Assembly: GCA_040357565.1 (NCBI GenBank)
Contig: JBDODJ010000019.1
Source: Cercozoa sp. M6MM
Taxonomy: Eukaryota > Protista > Endomyxa: Ascetosporea
Length of the DNA stretch: 64,000 nt
Reading direction: 5' to 3' (one strand)
Below are positions 50,749 through 63,138 of the stretch, piece by piece. Numbering within the stretch: position 1 is the stretch's first letter; every line of letters starts with the position of its first letter. The notes under the pieces are model-generated. The model searched no databases. It was not told where the DNA came from and saw nothing but the letters and a program-made list of their open reading frames with translations. Both the position numbers and the translations under genes were made by a program.

Positions 50749-52396
50749 TCAATCAGTTACACCGTCGAGACGCCCATTGCACACACATCTCTGCGCACGT
50801 GAGCGGTGTAGTTTCACCATAAGAAAGCAACGCAACAGGAACAGAAACAGTAGTTCTAACTGAAGTTGAAGGTGTGGTACGAAATCCAAGATAGGCTGGA
50901 AGGTGCGAAGAAAGTCGTATCCGAGCAGTGTACCACGCTTCCTCACTGCACAGTCGAGAAGACCGCGGCAATGTGCGAAATCGGCGCGCAGCTGCACCCG
51001 CGGTCGTTTGACTACGCTGCCGTTGCCGACTCGCACTTGGAAGAAGGTGTTGCCTCCCTCGCTGCAGCATCTTAATTGGTGACAACACAGCTGTTGTTGG
51101 AACAAGAAGGAAGTACACGACAGCGTTGGAAGATATCGCGCTCACGTGAGCGCCAGTGTCGATGAGAACGTTTTCGAACCATTTCGATCGCATACCCGAG
51201 TGTTTAACCACGCGATTTCCGGACAGACGCAACGAGACACTCGGGCGTCGCCTGTTCGATGAAAGCAGGCTTAAGCTCGTTTTCGCTTTCGCTTGGAGTT
51301 TCGCTTCGATTAACTCGGTACACTGACACATTCGAACAGTCGGAGACACGTCTTTCGTGGGCGTTGGCACCAACTGCGCAATGTGAAACTGACCCCGAAG
51401 GAAGTTGAAGTGCGAAAGAGCAAGGAATACCACAATCCCGGCACGTTGTAAGGCGTCAACACCGACCCGCGTGGTAGCTTGGATTGATTTGACCTGAGTG
51501 GAACGGCAGCACACCGGCATGTTGCGTAGGTGCACGATGTGGGAACTGGCAGCGCAGTGGAGGTACATGTCGACGCATACCAAATCGAGCTCAATGCGCT
51601 CATCACTACCGACACGCATCGTCTTTTTCCCGATTGAAGGCAACTGGAGTCGCTCGCGCACTTCGTTTGATATCAGTGTGATTCGTGAGCCGGTGTCAAC
51701 GCGGGCTATCGGGTCAATGACGCAATCAGCCGCAAAGGGAACGTTGCACACTTCCAGTACATCTCGAAATGCGGCTGCTCGCGAGGATTGACGCATTCCT
51801 TTTTCCCTTCGAGTTCGTTGGGAAATCGAATTACGACCACGGACGGCTTGGGATTCACAGCAAGCCTTGAGACTTACAGAGGGTGGAACAGCAGAGTCTT
51901 GGGGTTCGCAGCAGGGAACACGCGAAACAAGCTCGCGCAAGCACTTTCCGAACTGCAGTTTCCGTTTCAGACGGAAAATTTGCTCGTCGCGCGATTTTCG
52001 CTGCGAAAGCAGCAAGTCGTGCACTTGAAGCGAATCTTGCTCGCCGCAGTCAGCACTGGCGGGAGCGATAGCAACCGAAAGTTGCACAAAGTGCGCATTC
52101 TTGCTACAGCAGTACCCGATAAGACAGGTGCGACCTGTCGTCGCGTTAGTGGGCAACTCGAATGGCTTCGAAACAGACTCTTCGTCGCTAGACGACCGGG
52201 GGCTCAACAACACTTGTTCTGATTCCTCTTTGTCGGGTCGGACGGCCTCGCTTTCCCCGACTAAATTTTGTTTTAAAGGTGAACCCCCGACTTTCGTTTT
52301 CGGCAAAGTCGGCAAAGAAGGCGCAAATCCACCTCGTAGGCCCACACGATATCTGGGGTCTATGTCGAAGCCGACTAGCTGATATAAGCTTGACAT
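50749..52396 (-). CDS. Protein with two tandem retropepsin-like (clan AA) aspartic protease domains
   Basis: Domain 1: RVDTGSRITLIS...VGVDAL. Domain 2: LIDTGAHVSAIS, then after a 31-nt GT-AG intron (51091-51121) VRVGNG...LLGYDFL. Confidence 0.8.
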
Positions 52397-52757
52397 TGCC
52401 TGTCAAAACAGCAGCTTCAGGTTCAGTAGCAGCGAAGTTGGAGTCGAACCGTCAAGCTCCTCGCGCTAAAATTGTCGAAGCCGTTCCGGTGTAGCAGCTC
52501 GCTGCGCTAAGCTTGATTGATTTAGCTGTCGTGCACTGAAGCGATGCATTTAAAGTCCGCATAGAAAATTTGTTAAATTTCGGGTGTGACTGTGGTGTGA
52601 CTGTGGTGTGATGGTGGTGCATTTGCGATTTATCTGAGATGTGCGTCTCAGATCCGCATCTAGCAACGCGCGTCAGACGCGAATCTGACGGTGTGCACCG
52701 AAAAGTACACCAGGCGCGGATTATCGAAAATGACAGAATTGAGAAATTAAAATTAAT

Positions 52758-54500
52758 TTAAAAAACAGCAGGAGAGATCAGTGCCTTCTTAGTTGCCGCG
52801 GGAGACCACTCATCGCAATCCGTTACGAGCACCCTGCTGGGGAAAGCGAATATAAAGTTATCGGTACCAGCTCGTGCTTGAGCCGGCACGTTACCGCCCT
52901 TTTGAGCTGGCCTGTCACCGTGCAGCACGACTTTCATGGTGGCATTGTCACGGAGCATGTGCTGCAAAAATGTGAGTTACAAAGAAAGGAAAGCGCTAAA
53001 TCAGACTGAACCTGGTTGAAAAAAGCATTGCAGTCCTTGCCCATGCGCTCGGCAACACGAGCGGCTGCGGTGCCGTTTGGCTGCTTCTTGTCGTGCTTGG
53101 AAAATACCCCGCTGTAAAATGCGCAAAGGTTGAACAAGACATTTAGAACAGTAAGGGAACAGCTTGCGCTTATAAAGTACCCCGGAATGGTCTTTGCACC
53201 AAAAGCTTGCACGAGACTTTCGAGGTTGAAGCCAAGGTCGTCGTGTTTACAACGTGCGATTTCGCGGTAGTTCTTGCTGAAGTCGATACACAACAGTTTA
53301 ATAAATCCAACTGCAACACTGGTAGATTCTTACCGGGCGAACACGTACAGGTGCACAAAAAACTGGTGAATTCGGCGGGTTGAAGCCGACGCGTCACACA
53401 ATGGGTCGGAGCTGCGCCACACATCCGTCATAGTATGCACATTGTTTCTAGTTGCAGCTTACAGGTGCGCCAACACGTCTTGGATTTCGGTTAGATTGGC
53501 CGGCACGAAAAAAGGTCTGTATGTCCGCTCCCTTGGCCGATTGCGTCGACTGGGAACACTCGCACCTCCGGTAAAGACAAAATACGTTCTGGCTCGTCGT
53601 CGTCGTCATGGTCGGGGACGGTAATCGTCGTCGTCGCGGTCGCGGTGTCGCAAGCTGTGTGCAAAGGGGAGAATTGAGACAGCGCATGTAGCAACAGTGT
53701 AAACGAGGCCATGAGAGCAAAGGCAGACAAATATTACCAAGAATGCGCTGCGGCTCGTCGTCTAAATCGTCCAGGTCGTCCAGGTCGTCCAGATCGTTGA
53801 AGGGGTTGTCCTCGACTCTCTCTTGCTCTGGTGTATTCATACTCAGTGTCTCAAGGGATGGCGTAAATTTACCGTTGTCACTTTCGAGTTCAGTGTCTCT
53901 GCCAGTGTCGACTCGCAAAGTTTCCTCTGCGTCGGGCTTCGAGGTGTAATCGAATAGAAACCGTGAAGAAATAGGAGGTGCTGCAGTACCGCGAGCGGCT
54001 TCTGTGCGACAGACACGTCAGCATCGTTGGTCTTGCGGCGTCGCTTCGACTGTGCAATCAACAATCCGACTTCTTGATCCCAAAAGCCAAAAAAGTGTAA
54101 GAAAAAAGAACTGCTGGGCCAGGCGCCTTCGCCTTCGCTGCTGCAGGCGCCTCCTTCGCCTTCGCTTTCTGTCGCAGAGCAGCAAAATACTCTTCACCGT
54201 TCATTCGCTGCATTGAAAGCGTCTCCGAGATGTCGCATAGCGACGTTGAAGTCGTGTTGCGATTCGACGACCGCCGCAACACGATTTTCCCTTTGGAGAG
54301 AAGAAGCAAAGCAACTGAATCAGCTAGTCTGCAAAGTGAGCACCAATTTACGGTTCTGCAGCTGCCGTGCAGGCATCTCCAACACTGAGTTATAGGCTAA
54401 ACCTCGCCTTTGCTCGCAAACGACATCCCTGTGCCTGACCACCTTGTCTGCTTCCTCGTCCACGCGTTTCGAAGCTGTAGCCGTTCCACGCACTAAAACA
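52758..54500 (-). CDS. Hypothetical multi-exon protein with basic and acidic low-complexity tracts
   Basis: Coding-like segments (KRRRK, DLDDLDDLDD, DDDDE) separated by GT..AG introns. Boundaries are approximate. Confidence 0.45.
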
Positions 54501-55063
54501 TCTCCTCCTGATTAGAATTTACAACGTTGACACACTTAACTGTGCTCTTTTCTCAGTGTAGCTTATGTTTCTAGTTTGTGATAGCAGATTTTTGAGTTCT
54601 CGTGCGCGGATTTGAGGAGCATCAACAGAAGAAGGTCTTAAATGGAGACGCTATATACCTTGCCTTAAAACTGTTTAAACAATCGAATAAATTGAAGGAC
54701 AGCTAAGCGGGCCGGGCCTAGCCTGTCGAACCTCACGATCGCAATCCGCTTCGCGAGCATTGCCGCTCTTCCACAACCACCCGAACCAACGATGTAGCAT
54801 GACTCTCACGCCCACAGCAACCAACTACACCCACAACCCAGGGGACAAGGGCTGCTATTATATTTCCAGCGCAATCTCCGGACTTGGAGAGCGCGGTGAC
54901 GTGCACCGAAACTCCGAGTGTCTAGATCCGGGCGCGCGTAGTACGGTGTGATCAACCATAGAGCGGTATGTTTATGTAGTAATTTACAATGTTTGCCGTT
55001 GGCAAACCGACTAGCCTACAACCAGCCTGATGTGAGCGAGTCGAGCATTCGCTACAGCCGTAC

Positions 55064-56579
55064 TCAGTCTCGGCGCTTCGGAAGAGCACCGATGTACTCG
55101 CCATAACCACCATCGCGCCTGTCAACAACGTCGGCGACCTTCTTGAGATGATCGATGCAGTTGCGGATCGTCTCCAGTGGAAGCTACATTCACAGCAAGC
55201 AAAGTCAAAAAATAAAAAGAAAACGGGCTACGTAATTTACTGCATGAAGTTCGCTCTTGATGGCTTTGAGGAGAGCATCTCGCGAGACGTAGGTTTGCCG
55301 AGTCACAACGTTCTTCATCTACCACGGCTAAAAATAAACGAGAAGATGAGAGTGGGAGTCTAAATTTACGCCAACTGTACCAGAGCCCAGATCAACTCAA
55401 TCGGATTGAAGTCCGGACTGTACGGTGTGTTCTGAATCCATCGGCCCTGCACATGAATACAACAGCCGCTGCACTCAACAACAAGGACGAAAGAGGAAAA
55501 GTACTGGGTAATGATCCTCGAGACATGCAACGGCGAGTGTCGCGCGATGCGCTGCCGCACCATCCTGCATAAAAACAAGCAGGTGACGGATCTCACCGTG
55601 ATTCCCGTTGACCCAGTAGTCATGCAATGTCTCGACGTATGCTTGTGCTACGCGTCAGACACAACATGCACCGAGAGGAAGCACCGGTAAGAAAACTCAC
55701 TGTCGACGTTCTCGCCCTTGTCGAAAAAGCGCACGTGCACCAGTCCGAGCTGCACTCAATTTCGTGACCCAGAATGACGCATAAAGGTAACACAGAGTAA
55801 AATTAGATACCTGCCAGTTGATCGCAGCCCACACGTGCACCGAGTGGGCCCCACGAATGCGACGACGATCATCGCGTAAATCGCAGCGACGACGCCAAAG
55901 CCATCGCTTGGCTTTATCGCCACCTACACGATGACTGTGGGTTCAAGACAACGATAAATATACAAACCCAGGAAAAGAACTGTCAGTGGGCCTTACCCTG
56001 GTTACGATGCTTTCGTCAGACCAGACGACCCACTCGTGCCAGTTCGGATTGAGCCGCCACATACGCTTCATCCACCGAGCAAATGTGCGGCGCAGCTTGC
56101 GCGACGCCAAGCTCAACGGAGGGCGTGCCTGAACAAAGGGGTCGAGTGGCACAGAAAAGCTCAAGAGCACCTACTGCGTCAGCGAAGGCGGCAAGGGAAC
56201 GGCGGGCAGCAAACGCACGAATCGTCATTTCAGACACTTTAATACCGTGCTCGCTACACAAAAAAGGGTAAACGGGTCAGGTAACGCGACAAAGGTAAGG
56301 GATACAGAGTCACAAATGGGTGGCACAGGACAAAAGGGTACAAGGTATAAACGGGATGATGAGAAGGCTTCATACGCATCCATAAATTCGCGTGCCGTTT
56401 TCAGCGAGGAGCCACGTCGCTGCAGAAACAGTGTCAGCGACCGCTACACTCACCCATAACTGTGTTGTATGGACATCCGCCACAAAGCCACGCGAGAACA
56501 AACTCACCGCAACGCCTGCCGGCGCCGCCACAACCTTGCCAACTTCATTAACGCTTAGTTTAGCAGCTTAGCTCTTCAT
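55064..56579 (-). mobile_element. IS630/Tc1-mariner DDE transposase gene, intron-rich, probably pseudogenised
   Basis: Spliced motifs VSEMTIR, WVVWSDES, VHVWAAI, FMQDGAAAH, PYSPDFNPIELIWALMK and C-terminal RDGGY. In-frame TAA at codon 4 and a phase mismatch after WSDESIVTR. Confidence 0.88.
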
Positions 56580-57139
56580 ACTCAGCCTCAACCTTGCTTG
56601 GTGGTGGGACACACCACAGGGCCACACCATTGAACACGCCTGGTGCGTTTGTGACTCGAATTCAAACATTTTAGTCCGACATGGCAAAGATCCGCACCCA
56701 GCCACACCACAAACGCGCCAGGTGTGGGCCATTGATCAAAGATCATCCACACCTGGTGCGTTTTCGGTGTGGATCAACAGATCTGGGCTTGACATGAGAT
56801 CAGTGGCGATCGCCCAACTTGCTCGAAACTGATTTCGAACTGAAAAAAAAACTGATAAAAACTGATTTTCTCGGTGTGTCGGCTTTTACGGGAGAATCTG
56901 AGCCACATCTGAGGGCTTAGGTGCACAATCTAACGCGTTGCTATGCTCCTTTCGGCTGCTAAGCCTCATATGAAGCTCCTGATTTTCTGGGTCGGATTGG
57001 AGGTATTTTCTATGCGGACTTTATCGGCCTCCAAAGTCAAAGGTTGAAGGCAGCGTTTTCCCATTGGTGTGATCGAAACCTCCTGCTGTTGCCCCGCTTA
57101 AACATAAGGTGGCGATTTCCTTTGAAATGCTACCTGACA

Positions 57140-60100
57140 ATGCATGGGGAGATCTTATGGACGATTTTTTGGCTTTTGCTGGTGGGCGTACGGTCACAAA
57201 CCCCGCCCGGCAAAGACCTGTTCGAGCCCTGTGCCTTCGACATGGAGTGCAAGGCCGGCTTGGTTTGCGAGTCTAACAGCACAGCTCTAGTACATACCTC
57301 TCCGCGTTTTTCTATTTCATCACTCCTGGGTGCACTTCGTACAGGTTTGCAGCTTACTTCCTTGCTCCATAAACGGAGATTGCGGGACCTTCACCCGTCG
57401 ATGCTTGCCATCAGTGAAATTGTGCTCGGCATTTGAGTCGTGCCTTATCGACGCGGACTGCACGAATAACTTTCGTGGGTTGTGCACGTACCTGTAGTCA
57501 AATTAAAGCTGGATATTGTCTTTGTAAATTTATCTCAGGATGCACCTCTGAGGGGTTCACATGCAAAGAGACGGGAAACTGCGATACCGATGCAGACTGT
57601 ACAGACTCGATTTTGTTTTCATCGCCTCAAGAAAAAAGGGTAACGCAAATTGGATTAGGTCTATCTACTACGAGAATGTTTAATGACAGACCTTCCTTTC
57701 TCAATTCGACGTGCAAATCGCACCTTCAATGCTTCTTGAGTATCTCTCTCAAAACGACACCGCGCTGTGCGTGAGCAAAACGTGCCTCTTCCCAGGCATG
57801 GTTGACTCACGTCGCATGGACCAGACACTTAATTTGAGGCCGTAACGTCCAAGCCCTTCTTTTCATAATGTAAATATAACAGAAATACACAGTGATGTAA
57901 ATTTATTGCAGCACCGCAGATGCAACGTCAGGACTGTCGTTGCGAGCGTTGTCCAGTGCGGTCCCCGGCGAGGAATACGACACCCTCTCTGGTTTAATGG
58001 TAGTTTCTGAGTCGCTCATGATTCATGAACCAGGAACGATTTGGGCGGGTTTGTGCAGCTCCAGCGCTCTCTGATCGGGGCGGCGTGGTTTAATGCGCAG
58101 ACGACAAGTGTTACTACTCTAAACCGAGTGTTTTCCTCGGTCAAGTATGGAGACGGGCCCGAACTAGCTCCTCGTAATTTACTTTTTCAGGCCAGCCAAA
58201 TGAATTCATGGGAACTGGGAAATGGCTGGGATAGGCTCTCGGTTTACCGCCGAAATTGAAGCGGTCGCGCGGCTATTTTTTGCAGATGAAATCCGGTTTG
58301 CTCCTGAGCCCGCTGGAGGTACAACACTGCTTCCCTCTGCGTGAGTGCGAGTGTTTCATATCGCAGACGCTCGGCTTCGCGCGCGTCGTTTTTCGGGCTT
58401 TGCTTGTCTCAGCATCCTACGTCAGATCAATAACGCAACACAGAACGTATCAGAGGTATTTAATCTCGAGGAGCAGCGCGTAGGCGGTTCTATCGCAAGC
58501 TGCATGAGAGTGGATCGAACGTATGCCTCTCCGCCTCTGCTATCGATGCCATGGAACCCCTGTTAATGAGTACCTTTCTTGACAGCACGCGGTTTCTTGG
58601 TTCGAGTGAAGATCGCTTTCCTCCACTGACGCCGATTTTTGTTCCTGCTGACATGTGCGCTGCGCGTGTGCTGTGGAACGGAGATGAAGGCTTCCTTCGA
58701 AACCGGAGCTTTGTTTCTGGCCCTCCTCCGGCGGAAGAAACAGCAGGAATTGTGACCAACAATACCGAGGAGTACTCCGAGATGATTGTCAATGCGTGCG
58801 CTTTTACGCAGAGTCGCGCCCCCACCGATCCGACGCGACAGAGTCCAACTCAAGGCACCTTCGATCAACAATGGGTGGCTTCTGACAAACAAGACTCTCT
58901 TCGAGTTCTGTACCGTGCACGTCCAGTGCGATTTGGGGCAGTGGTAGTGGATCCGCGTGGACCCCTTCATCAACGAGAACGTGTGTCCCCGCTCGTGATC
59001 CTCCAAAGGCCAGTTCCCGGTGAAGCGAATCTTGTGTCGGAGTCCTTCGTCCAGGTCATTCGCCTTGTTCCTTGTTCAATTCAATTGACTTGAATACTGT
59101 AATGTAGTGTATCTATACTTCGACTGCTACTGTTTAATAGAACGATCTGTCGAGCGAGCTGAAAGTGCACCAGCAGACAAACGCAACAACAGTGCAACTT
59201 CTCGTTTCCTTTGATCGACCGCTGCCGCCACCAGTCTTTGACTCAGCCTTGTCGCCAATGCTGCAAGACGAGTTGTACGACCCGATGACCGAGACTGTCC
59301 GTCACTTTCCTGTAGCAGAGGAAAGGCCTGGACCTAATGGTGCAACGCCACCGATCGTGTACCTACGTCTCAGCGTGGATGGCACCTGCATCTCGCCCAT
59401 AGTTGATCGTGATCTACCATGCCAACGAGTCGACTATGCCTATCGTTCACGTGCACAACTAGGCGCATGGAAGTCCCCGGTATAGTTACTTGTTTTCTGC
59501 TCCTTCTCCACTGATGTCATTGAACAGGCCAGCAACACCACAAGGAGCACTCTTCCTGATGACGTGTCTCCTGGTGTCTTGAAACAACAACGAATGTCTC
59601 CAGAGCAGCTGCTGCGACGCGGACTGGCCCAGTTACCGAGGGAGCGCGAAGAAATGCGACGCCTCTGTGTGGCACAAGTTCCCGTTGAGCGCCTTCTCGA
59701 GTCCGACTCGATCTGTGTCTATTGGAACGACACCAAATTCGTCCAGCGAGTCGATCTGCTCACCATCACAGGGGTGCGTCAGCCTTTGTAGAGTCCTCAC
59801 AACAACGCTCGGTAGCGTCATCCTGTTTCACATTGTAGACACCGCCGAACGATTTTAAATCCATCAGTGGACGCATTCGATTCAGCGGTCCCGCGATGTC
59901 CGTGTAACACCCCACCTGTCCTGCATTTTACGACGACTATCTTACACGTGTTACTGATATTGTAGGTACGAAGTACCAGTTCGTGTTCGAGCCATGTCAA
60001 CGCGTTTTGTTGAAGCTGTACGCCCTTCTTCTCCTTTATATAAATTTAGAATACATCACTTCACTACGTTGCTCGCAGTGTAAGACACTTGAAACCCAGT

Positions 60101-62121
60101 GCTCCCGCGGGCAGGTGCGCGTCTTTGTCGATCCGACAAAGAACACGCTGCGAGGCGATCCTCAGATCGACGATTCTGCTCTAAGGTATCAACAAGCTAA
60201 ACAGAAGTGTACAGACTGTTTTGACTTGACGATTTACCAGATTTGAGTGTCGTCGCGTTCCTCAAAATGTGGGGGGAACTTGCTTCCTCGCAGATGCCGA
60301 TCGGTCCAGTACCACTTCTTTCTGTAGTCGGCGTATCACTCTTACAGCTCCCACTGTAGGAGACGTGAACCGCGTGGGACGCTGCAGCGGCACTGGTCAC
60401 TGCGTGCACCGTTCGTTCATACTTCGTGCACAACTAGCGTCAAGTCATGAATGCATGGAAGTTATCAACGACCTCACGTTGACAGGTGGTACAGCATCAG
60501 ATCCGGAAGTACAGCGACCATTTCCTCTAGTCGATACAATGGGCACGGTTTCTTTGCACGAAACTCCGAGCGACAGCAGCGACGCCGTAGTCCTGCCACC
60601 ACTCGCTGCTCAGAGCAGCAGGCGCTCGGCAAGCATGCTAGGCGAGTTGCTGTGGCTGCGAGCGCAGAAGAGAGTGCTGTACTGGTACAGCTTCACTTAC
60701 TGTGTTTTAGATAACACTTCATTGAGGTCGGTATAATTCAATAGTCAACGCACGTTCCACTTCACGTTGGTGCAACTCGCGGATCCGCGGTGCTCGGACG
60801 ATGGCAGTGTGCTGCAGTTCAAATGGGCTGTACTCCCTGCATTCAACCGGAGTCGGAGTGCTCGTCTGCTGAGCGAACTGTGCGCGCTAAACATCGCATT
60901 CTCCTTACAGGCTGCGGCTTTGTCCGCGAGGTAGCTTTGCTCGAGACTGCTGTTTTTATTGTCAATGATGAGCATACTTGAACGAAGGAGCGAACCTGCT
61001 TCAAACTTCGCCGCGCAAATACTTCGCACAGACACTCGAACCGCGTTTTCACGCATGAGTTTGGTACAAAAAACGTACGACAGGCATTCCTTCACTTGTT
61101 GTTGTTGCTTTAGGAACAACTGTTCGGAGGAGCAGCCCAAGTTCCTTTCAACCAGACGGTGGCCAATGTGACAACCGAAGCTCCGCCATCATTCGATGCG
61201 GTGGTTGATGATGCTGTCTTTCGAGCAGTGGCGGTGCGAGGCGAATCGATTTCACCAGGCTCCAATCAAGGCGTACCTCAGACTGAGTCGGCACTGTCGC
61301 TGGAAGAGTTCTCACAGCAGATGCTTGAAACTCACGAACGCACACTCGACATTGTGCTTAGTGCAAGGGGTACATTCTTCAATTTTGTTGAGACTGCATT
61401 GAATAAGTGGGCTACCTTTGTAGGTATCGCCGTGGAAACCAACATTGCATTTGCTTGCGATCGAGAGGAATTGCAAGCGTTGGTGCAAGACGCGTCCGAG
61501 CGATTGTTCCAGGAGGCGCTGTTTGAAGTGATTTGTACGCGTGTTTTCGGGTACATCTAACCAATATCGTTGTCTGATCAGTTTCAAGCGCTGTTTGAGT
61601 CCAGTGTTGAAAGACGCGTGCAAGTGGGCGACAGTTGCGCGCTGCAGTGCAATTCGCAAGTGGGATACCGAAGACACCTCCAGTACGAGAGTTTAGTAGG
61701 TAGTTTCATAGCATTAGTCATCACTGTGTTTGAAACAGACGAGCGGACTGCGTCTTTGACCGAGACAAGAACATGCCACGATGGCAGCTGCGAGGTGCGC
61801 CCTCATTGTCCATTTCTGCTGAAAACATGCAGCTCTTTCTTACTCGACTGGCTGCCCGCATTCAGGTACAGTATATTTGTGGTTGGCAGCAACAACTTGA
61901 AGAAAAATCAAAGCCAGGAAACCTCTTGACTCTTTTGTTTCTCTTTTGCTCAGTGCAAACCGGACAAGAGCCAGCTAGTTCGTATCGTCTTCTCTGTGTT
62001 TCTGTCCCTGGGAGTAGCCGGACTGTGTGCGTCTCTGTGGCTTACGCTGCGACACCGCCACCTCAAGATTCAAACGCAATCAACCGAGTCTGCTGCAAAT
62101 TCTCAGGTTTGTGCAGATTAA
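57140..62121 (+). CDS. Large type I membrane/surface protein with Cys-rich N- and C-terminal regions, multi-exon
   Basis: Signal peptide MHGEILWTIFWLLLVGVRS and CxxDxxC repeats (CAFDMEC, CLIDADC, CDTDADC). The last exon encodes a TM (IVFSVFLSLGVAGLCASLWL) followed by a basic stop-transfer RHRHLK. Continuity as one gene is inferred. Confidence 0.65.
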
Positions 62122-62394
62122 CGGTACAGTATTGTAGATTTACATGCGTTCGATAATGTCTGATGACCAGTTTGCTGGACGAAGAGAACTGCATTAAATT
62201 CCATTTCGTACCTGTATTTAATGCTCGTCCTCAGAACTCGTGCTCTGCTCACCAGTGCCGGGAGTAGCAGAGTGTCGTACGGAGAGTCGTGAGTCCGACT
62301 CTGCTCGCGCTCGTGTAAATCGATGGCATTGCTCGAGTAGCAGGAGGTGAACATCTTCAGAACATCTTCAGCTTTAGAAAATACAAAACGTCCT

Positions 62395-62522
62395 GAGGCA
62401 CGTATTGACAGTACGCTTCGCTCATAGCAGTTCTCAGAGCAGCCACCGCAAGTACACAATACTTTGAGTATGCCTTTGTATCTAAACAATGACGCTAGAG
62501 TAGCTGTTTTGTGGATTTCTGT
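62395..62522 (-). repeat. Dispersed repeat, copy 2 (see 651-790)
   Basis: 42/44 core identity plus flanking blocks, in inverted orientation. Confidence 0.8.
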
Positions 62523-63138
62523 TCTGCGCTTTTATTGCCGTCGAGTTCCGGATTCTGCATGATCAGCTTCGACTGGGTAGAGAGCAAGCGCGGGGAGTGC
62601 TGTGAAACTCGACCGAAACTGAAATTCTACGCTCTTGTAAACCGTATCCGGACCCCGGGCGTTCGTTTCAGTTCAGATGTGGCGCACTCGATTGAGCGCG
62701 TCTGGTCGTGGGGTAGGTGACTCGGAACTGCCGCAGCGCAGAGTCCATCAGCGGCGCGCACCGCCACCCTGACTCAGAGTGTCGGACTGACTTGAAGTCT
62801 CGGCTTGCGAGCACGGACAGTGGCACACGCGCACACTCCTGCTCCGATACAGCGCAGTACCGTAGATACTGTGATAAGATACGGTAATTCGGGAATGTGA
62901 AAATGCATTTGCATGCCCCTGGGAGGGAATCAATTAACGTGTGTCTCTTTTCGGACCGAGCACGACAGGAACGGAACGAAAGCGAACAATCAAGCTGGCA
63001 ACTACGCACGCGATGGGAAGGCAGTCTCCAAGCAACCCGAGGACCGATTAGACATTGGATACACCGTGTGTTCCCTCCCAAGGGCGTTGTTGAGTGTGTG
63101 TTTGTGCGTGTGTGCAATAAATCGGAGGAGAATGAGAC

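Noticed and set aside
53240-53360. SWIM zinc finger (CTCTC...CKH), implying a Mutator-like element
   Set aside because: Joining the two halves needs a 23-nt intron. A more ordinary splice gives HQFFVHL|KNYREIARCKH, with no CxC.
54900-54960. Tc1 terminal inverted repeat (TACGGTGTGATCAA)
   Set aside because: I found no matching inverted copy upstream of the transposase.
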